Below, one piece after another: positions 57,338 to 64,000 of a stretch of DNA of 64,000 nt. Numbering within the stretch: position 1 is the first letter of the stretch; each line of letters opens with the position of its first letter. Position numbers and translations under genes: made by a program. A model generated the notes under the pieces. It saw only the letters and a program-made list of their open reading frames with translations. It searched no databases and was not told where the DNA came from. Source of the stretch: Faecousia sp. (lineage in GTDB: Bacteria; Bacillota; Clostridia; Oscillospirales; Oscillospiraceae); assembly GCA_051867275.1 (NCBI GenBank), contig JBJDYK010000127.1:3495-67494 (forward strand), read 5' to 3'.

Positions 57338-60300
57338 ATGGTACATACGAAATTAAAGCGTATCCTGGCCGGCCTGCTGGTTTTGGCTCTGCTTCTGGGC
57401 ATCGGGCCCATGGGCGTCTATGCCACCGACAGAGTCCTGCCCTACCAGGAGCTGGATCCGGAGCAGGTCTCCGCCGACCTGACCCGTCAGCAGGAAGCCG
57501 TGGAAGAAAAGACCGAGACATACGCGGACACCGATGTGGTCCGTGTCACCATCGTCCTGGAGGACGAGCCAGCCCTGACCGCGCAGGGCCTGGAGGCCAC
57601 CCCGGCTTCCGTGGCCTACCGCTCCGGCCTGCTGGCAAAGCAGAATCTGCTGGCCAGCCGCATCTCCATGCAGGTGCTGGAGGGCCGGAAGCTGGATGTG
57701 GTGTGGAATCTGACCCTGGCCGAGAACGCCATCTCCGCCAACGTGGCCTACGGCAAGCTGGATGAGATTCGGCAGATGTCCGGCATCAAGGCCGTGTACC
57801 TGGAGACCCGGTATCTGCCCATGCAGGCCGATGTCAGCAACATCGTGGCCCAGGAGATGACCGGCGCGGCCACTGTCCAGTCCGGCTCCGGCTATACCGG
57901 CGCGGGCATCCGGGTTGCCGTCATCGACAGCGGCACGGACACGGATCACCAGTCCTTTGACAACGGCGGCTTCCTCTACGCCCTGGGCCTGGACGCGGAG
58001 CGGGAGGGCATGAGCCGGGAAATGTACAGGGATTCCCTGAATCTGCTGGATGTGGCAGAGATCGAAGCCGTTCTGGATATTCTCCATGCCGCCCGGCGTT
58101 ATGAGGGCCTGACTGCTGCGGATCTGTATCTGAACGAGAAGCTGCCCTTCAACTTCAACTATGTGGACGGCGACCTGGACGTGACCCATGACTACGACGC
58201 CCAGGGTGAGCACGGCTCCCATGTGGCCGGTATCGCCACCGCCAACGACTACATCCCCGCCGAAAGCACCGTCTACGACTTTGACGGCGACGGCGACCTG
58301 GACCTGGACGATGCCCAGGCTCTGCTGGACTACGCCCTCACCGGCAAGTCCGTATCCAACGAAGACATGGCCGACATCAGCGGCAACGGCTCTGTCACCT
58401 CCTATGACGCCCACCTGCTGCTGGATATGGTAAAGGAAGGCCGGGCCTATGTGTCCGCGGAGAAGACCGTGGGCGTCAGCGGCGTGGCTCCCGATGCCCA
58501 GCTTCTGACCATGAAGGTCTTCGGCAAGACCGGCGGCGCCTACGCCAGCGACTACATGGCCGCCGTGGAGGACGCCCTCACCCTGGGCTGCACCGCCGTA
58601 AACCTGTCTCTGGGCGCGGCTTACCCCGGCTTTGCCAAGTCCCATGAGGACAACCCCAGCGACGCTGCCTTTACGGACAACGTCATGAAGCTGTTGGAAG
58701 ACACGGGCATGGTCATGTGCGTGGCCGCCGGTAACTCCGGCAACTGGGCCGACCAGGACGACGCCTACGGCTACATGTACACCGATGAGGCCGGTACCGC
58801 CATGGTCTCCGACCCCGGCGCGTTTAAGAACTCCTTCTGCGTTGCCAGCGCCGACAATGTGGGCGGCGTCCGGACCTGCGATACCTACTTCGGCGACGGC
58901 CTGAAGGTGACTCTGGAGGACACCCCCGACGGCATCAACAAGATCTGGAATTCCTTGGATACCCAGGGCAACGGCACCACCTACGAGGTGGTCTTCCTGG
59001 GCGACCCCTCCAACCTGCTGGCCGGCAAGACCCAGACCGATGAGCGGATCTATGCCGGTTCCGCCAGCGATTTTGACGGCGTGGACTACACCGGCAAGGT
59101 GGTTCTGGTAGCCCGCGGCAACGGCATCTACTTCTCCGCCAAGCACATGGCCGCCGCCAAGGCAGGCGCCGCCGCCGTGGTGCTTTACAACAACGTACCC
59201 GGCGCCCTGCGGGCCTCCATCGAAGGCTCCACCGCCACCGTCCCCTGCGCCGGTCTGTCCTTTGAGGACGCCCAGGCCATCTTTGGCCTGTGCCGGAAGG
59301 ACGAGGCGGGGGTCTATACCACCACCGTCACCGTCACCGACGGCCTGTTCGTGGACCGCGGCCAGGATGTGTCCCCCGAGATGAGCTACTTCTCCTCCTG
59401 GGGTGCTCCCGGCGACCTGACCATCAAGCCGGAGATCACCGCCCCCGGCGGCAATATCTACTCCGTCAACGGTCTGGATAAGAGCGGCACGGCCTATGAG
59501 CTGATGTCCGGTACCTCCATGGCTACCCCCCATGTGACCGGCCTGACGGCTCTGGCTGCCCAGTACTTCCGGGAGACCGGCCTTGTGGAGAAGGCCCGGG
59601 CTGTCTCCGGCCTGGAGACCCTGTCTCAGCGGAATCTGTCTCAAAGCCTGCTGATGTCCACCGCCACGCCGCTCATTGAGACCGAAAACGGTGTGGAGTA
59701 CTCTGTCCGGAACCAGGGCGCTGGCCTTGCCAATGTGGAGGCCCTGACTCAGGCAGAGTCCTTCCTGATGGTGGAGGGCCAGCCTGATGGCAAGGTGAAG
59801 GCCGAGCTGGGCGACGGCACCCAGGGCTGGCAGTTCTCCTTTGACATCTACAACCTGTCCGGCTGCGACAAGACCTATGTTCTGGATGCCTCCGTCCTGA
59901 CCACGGACACCTATGCGGCCTCCCAGGGCGTGAACCTGTCCGCCAACGCCATGACCGCCCTGGGCGCGGAGGTGACCTATTCCGGTGACACCGTAGCCGA
60001 TGGCACCGTGACCGTCCCGGCCAACGGTTCCGCCTCAGTCACCGTAACCATGGACATCCCGGAGAAGACCGTGGAGCATATGCTGGCTCTGGGCTACACC
60101 AATGGCTTCTATGTGGAGGGCTTCGTGTACCTGCGTCCCCAGGCCGACAGCCAGGGCCGTCTGGATGTGACCCACTCCATCCCCATGCTGGGCTTCTACG
60201 GCAACTGGACCGACCCCTCCATGTTTGACACCGGCTCCTTCCTGGAGACCGCCTACGGCACCGCCACCCGGCCCAGCCATCTGGACTCCGAGGTCAAGAA

Positions 60301-63300
60301 CATTGTGACCTGGTGCCCCAGGGGTGAACAGCAGGGCTACTATTACACCGGCAACATCTATGGCAGCTATGACGGAACCCAGGTGATCGGCGACCGGCAC
60401 TACTACCCGGAGCGCAACGCCATCAGCAGCCTGGATTCCAGCCCCTGGCAGCTTTACGCCATGTTCCCCACGCTCATCCGCAACGCCGCCGACGTGGAGT
60501 TCCGTATCTCCAACGCCGATACCGGCGAGATCTACCATGTCAACGATTACGAGACCTTTGACGACTATATGCTGGGCAGCTTCTACTTCGCCAATGCCGG
60601 CCAGTGGTACGACACCACCGGCGACTACGGCATCGGCCTGGATTGGGACTTCATCGTGAATCCCGAAACCGGCGAGAAGGTACCCGAGGGCACCCGGCTG
60701 CGCTACACCTTCCTGTGCGCCCCGGACTACTATGTAAACGAAGACGGTTCCGTCCGCTGGGACGAGCTGGGCCAGGGCGCCACGCTGTCCTGCGAATTCA
60801 CCGTGGACAATACCGCTCCCAAGCTGGCAGGTTCCCGGCCCCTGACCCTCAGCGCCGACGGCAACACCCTGTACTACACCGCACAGGACGATAACTATGT
60901 GGCAGCGGTGATTCTGATGAACGGCTCCGCTACCCGGTCCATGTACTACAGCTACCCCGATATGCCTGTGGAGAACAGAGGCAAGTCCGTCTCCGGCTCC
61001 CTGGATCTCACCGGCTTCCGGGAGATGTACGGCAACAAGGCCGTGGTGGCAGTCTGTGACTACGCCGGCAACCAGTCCTACTATGTGGTGAACCTGGGCG
61101 GCGAAGGCAGTGACTACGGCGCCCTGGTGGGCTTCCAGAACGGCTCCGGCGGCGTGGGCGGCACCTGGGTGGCCATGAACGACGGCGTGGAGAGAACCGA
61201 GACCGGCCTGTTCCTCACCGACATGAATTTCGTCTGCGCCGAGTATGTAAACGGCCATGTCTTCGCCCAGACCGACAACGGCAACCTCTACGGCTTCTCC
61301 TATGATGATTTCCTGGCCGATGCCATTGACCTGAATTCCACCTACATCGCCCACCTGGAAAACGTGTACCAGGATCTGGCCTACAGCTACGCCGAGGGCA
61401 AGCTCTACGGCCTGCAGTCCTATGAGGATAACGACGGCTATCCTACCACCGACATCTACTCCATCAACCTGAAGGGCGCCTACTACGATGCCGACAACTG
61501 GATGGATGTGGCGGCCTATCAGGAGGATTGGGCTATGGGACGGGGCGGCGTCTTCGGCCTGACCCTGGCCTGTGACGACGAAGGCTCCCTGTACGTCCTG
61601 GGCAATGTGACCGATGACGAAACCGGCGAAACCTCCGGCGCACAGCTCTGGAAGACGCAGCTTCAGGAGCAGTGGGGCTCTGTGAGCTTCGGTCCCTTCC
61701 GCATGGTTGGAGAAACCGGTATATCCATGGACTATCTCCAGTCCATGACATGGGATCACAACACCGAGACCCTGTACTGGGCCCACTTCAACGCCTCCGG
61801 CATCGGCCGGATCGAAAGCACCCTGGAGCGGATTGACCCCGCCACCGGTGCTTGTACCCGGGTAGGCACCCTCTCCGGCGAGACCTGCTGCCTGTTTGCC
61901 CCCCTGGGCGATGCGGCCGCCGCTCTGGAGACCCACGCCAACGTGCCGGAGATGAACCCTGACGAGGTAGGTACCCCCGTTCTGCGGGACGATGTGGCTA
62001 CCATGAACGTGGGCACAACCCAGACCTTCCTGTACGATCTGGATCCCTGGTACACCGCCCATAAGGATGTGGTGTGGTCCTCCGACAATGAGGCCGTGGC
62101 CACCGTGGACCAGGATGGCAACGTCACCGCCGTCTCCGAGGGCTCCTGCATCATCACCGCCGCCGCCCGGGATGACGAAACCAAGTTCGACACCTGCAAG
62201 GTTGAGGTAGCCTCTCTGAGCCTCAGCTTCGACGGCATCATCTCCGCCCAGACCGCGGGCCTGGGCAACGTCAGCGGCGTCTGCACCTACAATTTCGCCA
62301 TGGAAAAGGGCGTCCCCTCCTACGGCACCAAGGTGGCTCTGTCCTGGCCCGAGGAATTCCGGGGCTACGGTACCTCCCTGGCCTCCAGTGCCCTGGGACG
62401 CGGCTCCCTGTGGGTCTGCGAGTACGGCAACACCGGCATGATCTATGAGATCGACCCGGAAACTGGCGTGGTGAAGGATATGCTCGAGCCCATCGACGGC
62501 GACATGATGTTCGGCATCTCCTATTCCGACGTCACCGATCGGTTCAATTGCATCATGAACTTCTACCTGTATGTGGATCTGCCCTTTACCCGCGAGGCCT
62601 ACAAGGACATGGAGGAGAGCTACAACGAGGAGACCTACCAATTTGAGTACCACCGGCTGAATATGCTGAAGTACCTGGCCGCCTCCGACAAGAACTTCCG
62701 CACCGGTGAGAACGGCGACGGCTCCATGTCCGACATCGTCTTCTGCGGCATCACCACCCTCCCCGGCGGCCAGAGCCAGAGCCTGAGCAAGGATTATCTG
62801 GGCCAGTGGGGCGGCAGCGCCTACTACACCCCAACCCTCACCCTGGCGCTGCTGGACAACGTGGGCCGGTTCTGGTACATCGACGAGATCACCGACATGG
62901 TGAAGTACACCGATGATTACGGCAATGTCTTCTTCACCGACGAGGCCATGGAAATGGCCATTGATCCCGCCTTCAACGGCGTGGAAGCCGTGGGCTACGA
63001 CACCAACGGCGACGGTGAGGACGACACCTACTCCGTCTTCGTAATCCGTGCGCTCCAGGAGACTCCTCTGACCGATATGTATCTGGCCGGCACCATGCCC
63101 CGGATCACCTATCACTTCTCCGACATCGAGTATGCCGGCTCCCTGGAGGACGGCACGCCCATGATTGCCCTGTCCCTGTACGACTACTGGAACAACGGCC
63201 TCACCAACGAGCTGTACCTCTACGTTCCCGGCCACGAGACCAACGAGTGGGATTACGAGACCTGGACGAAGATCCGCACCCCCGACCGGCTCTTTGACCT

Positions 63301-63421
63301 GGGCGACACCGGTATCCACAACATCATCGCCACCATTCACTCCGCCACCGTCACCGGCGGCGTGGCGGTCCAGGAGGCGGCACTCACCCACACCCTGGCC
63401 CGTGGCTACTACACCGAGTAA
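57338..63421 (+). CDS. Secreted S8 serine protease with inserted dockerin, PA domain, Ig-like (Big_2) domain and probable beta-propellers; no SLH or LPXTG
   Basis: Triad VAVIDSG / EHGSHVAG / GTSMATP; dockerin YDFDGDGDLDLDDAQALLDY...ADISGNGSVTSYDAHLLL; Big_2 VVWSSDNEAVATVDQDG; RBS GAGGAG. Confidence 0.9.
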   Translation: MVHTKLKRILAGLLVLALLLGIGPMGVYATDRVLPYQELDPEQVSADLTRQQEAVEEKTETYADTDVVRVTIVLEDEPALTAQGLEATPASVAYRSGLLAKQNLLASRISMQVLEGRKLDVVWNLTLAENAISANVAYGKLDEIRQMSGIKAVYLETRYLPMQADVSNIVAQEMTGAATVQSGSGYTGAGIRVAVIDSGTDTDHQSFDNGGFLYALGLDAEREGMSREMYRDSLNLLDVAEIEAVLDILHAARRYEGLTAADLYLNEKLPFNFNYVDGDLDVTHDYDAQGEHGSHVAGIATANDYIPAESTVYDFDGDGDLDLDDAQALLDYALTGKSVSNEDMADISGNGSVTSYDAHLLLDMVKEGRAYVSAEKTVGVSGVAPDAQLLTMKVFGKTGGAYASDYMAAVEDALTLGCTAVNLSLGAAYPGFAKSHEDNPSDAAFTDNVMKLLEDTGMVMCVAAGNSGNWADQDDAYGYMYTDEAGTAMVSDPGAFKNSFCVASADNVGGVRTCDTYFGDGLKVTLEDTPDGINKIWNSLDTQGNGTTYEVVFLGDPSNLLAGKTQTDERIYAGSASDFDGVDYTGKVVLVARGNGIYFSAKHMAAAKAGAAAVVLYNNVPGALRASIEGSTATVPCAGLSFEDAQAIFGLCRKDEAGVYTTTVTVTDGLFVDRGQDVSPEMSYFSSWGAPGDLTIKPEITAPGGNIYSVNGLDKSGTAYELMSGTSMATPHVTGLTALAAQYFRETGLVEKARAVSGLETLSQRNLSQSLLMSTATPLIETENGVEYSVRNQGAGLANVEALTQAESFLMVEGQPDGKVKAELGDGTQGWQFSFDIYNLSGCDKTYVLDASVLTTDTYAASQGVNLSANAMTALGAEVTYSGDTVADGTVTVPANGSASVTVTMDIPEKTVEHMLALGYTNGFYVEGFVYLRPQADSQGRLDVTHSIPMLGFYGNWTDPSMFDTGSFLETAYGTATRPSHLDSEVKNIVTWCPRGEQQGYYYTGNIYGSYDGTQVIGDRHYYPERNAISSLDSSPWQLYAMFPTLIRNAADVEFRISNADTGEIYHVNDYETFDDYMLGSFYFANAGQWYDTTGDYGIGLDWDFIVNPETGEKVPEGTRLRYTFLCAPDYYVNEDGSVRWDELGQGATLSCEFTVDNTAPKLAGSRPLTLSADGNTLYYTAQDDNYVAAVILMNGSATRSMYYSYPDMPVENRGKSVSGSLDLTGFREMYGNKAVVAVCDYAGNQSYYVVNLGGEGSDYGALVGFQNGSGGVGGTWVAMNDGVERTETGLFLTDMNFVCAEYVNGHVFAQTDNGNLYGFSYDDFLADAIDLNSTYIAHLENVYQDLAYSYAEGKLYGLQSYEDNDGYPTTDIYSINLKGAYYDADNWMDVAAYQEDWAMGRGGVFGLTLACDDEGSLYVLGNVTDDETGETSGAQLWKTQLQEQWGSVSFGPFRMVGETGISMDYLQSMTWDHNTETLYWAHFNASGIGRIESTLERIDPATGACTRVGTLSGETCCLFAPLGDAAAALETHANVPEMNPDEVGTPVLRDDVATMNVGTTQTFLYDLDPWYTAHKDVVWSSDNEAVATVDQDGNVTAVSEGSCIITAAARDDETKFDTCKVEVASLSLSFDGIISAQTAGLGNVSGVCTYNFAMEKGVPSYGTKVALSWPEEFRGYGTSLASSALGRGSLWVCEYGNTGMIYEIDPETGVVKDMLEPIDGDMMFGISYSDVTDRFNCIMNFYLYVDLPFTREAYKDMEESYNEETYQFEYHRLNMLKYLAASDKNFRTGENGDGSMSDIVFCGITTLPGGQSQSLSKDYLGQWGGSAYYTPTLTLALLDNVGRFWYIDEITDMVKYTDDYGNVFFTDEAMEMAIDPAFNGVEAVGYDTNGDGEDDTYSVFVIRALQETPLTDMYLAGTMPRITYHFSDIEYAGSLEDGTPMIALSLYDYWNNGLTNELYLYVPGHETNEWDYETWTKIRTPDRLFDLGDTGIHNIIATIHSATVTGGVAVQEAALTHTLARGYYTE

Positions 63422-63474
63422 ACGGAACCATCAGAAAACCGGGGGCCGCAAGGCCCCCAACACAAACATAACGT

Positions 63475-63511
63475 AAAAAACCATGTGCCGTTTTTTGGCA
63501 CATGGTTTTTT
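63475..63511. terminator. Bidirectional terminator
   Basis: AAAAAACCATGTGCC-loop-GGCACATGGTTTTTT. Confidence 0.88.
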
Positions 63512-63534
63512 GTGAACGCGTTAATGCTATTTCG

Positions 63535-64000
63535 TCAAAATGGCATATCCCTCAGAACCACCTCCCGGATAAACCGGAAGGTTTCTTTTTCGCCCTTTTC
63601 CTCCAGCATGGTCAGTACCAGCTCCAATTGACGCCGGGTTTCCGGGTGGAGCATGGAGGCCTCGTGGGCATTGCGAAGATAGGCCAGGGCCGCGCCGTCG
63701 GTGTAGGCTTTTCCTATGTAGACCTTGCTGGCGGCGATCCGGTCCATAATCATTTCCGCGAAATACCGCCGGGGCATCTGCACCGGTTCGTACCGCCGGG
63801 TTTTGGGATTCAGGTCGGTCCAGTACTCATAGTGGTGCCGGTTTCGTCCCTTGTGATGCATCCAGGCCTTGGAAAAGCCGTTCTGCTCCCGCTCCGCGGC
63901 GTTGGGACTGCGGGTTCCCTGATAGTATCTGGCTCCGGTCCAAAACTCCGTGGGGGAGTATTTGGACAGGTCGTGGGTCAGCCCCTGCCGGATCAGACCC
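63535..64000 (-). CDS. DUF5662-like (HD-type) protein, 5' truncated by window
   Basis: HDLSKYSPTEF, HHKGRNRHHYEYW, EMIMDRIAA. Confidence 0.75.
   Translation of the reverse strand, partial: GLIRQGLTHDLSKYSPTEFWTGARYYQGTRSPNAAEREQNGFSKAWMHHKGRNRHHYEYWTDLNPKTRRYEPVQMPRRYFAEMIMDRIAASKVYIGKAYTDGAALAYLRNAHEASMLHPETRRQLELVLTMLEEKGEKETFRFIREVVLRDMPF

Noticed and set aside
62990-63030. Second dockerin in protease 2 (YDTNGDGEDD)
   Set aside because: A single DxDxDG-type Ca loop without the duplicated helix pattern

Overview
GC-rich Firmicute chromosome segment. The gene set (spmAB, bofA, AbrB, SLH proteins, GGGtGRT protein) points to a spore-forming Clostridia, probably Oscillospiraceae-like (inference). 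Housekeeping blocks: dnaB-tilS-hpt-ftsH, rlmH, lexA, an acetylase-type DAP/lysine cluster plus lysA under a lysine riboswitch, lgt with an M16 peptidase pair, a ptb-buk-ATPase-vor-ilvE branched-chain amino acid operon, luxS/mtnN, trkAH and argS. The most notable content is two paralogous modules, each a ~370-aa C-terminal wHTH regulator followed by a ~2000-aa secreted S8 protease. In module 1 the protease carries its own SLH anchor at the end of a long Ala/Glu/Lys helical stalk. In module 2 the protease has no SLH but has a dockerin inserted in its catalytic domain, and the gene directly upstream encodes a cohesin-like + 3xSLH protein. This is a candidate non-cellulosomal cohesin-dockerin protease display system. 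Several GTAG-type REP/REPIN-like palindromic elements sit in intergenic regions. lexA, blaI and the lysA start each lack one base, which may be assembly error. Domain calls are motif recognition by eye, not database searches.
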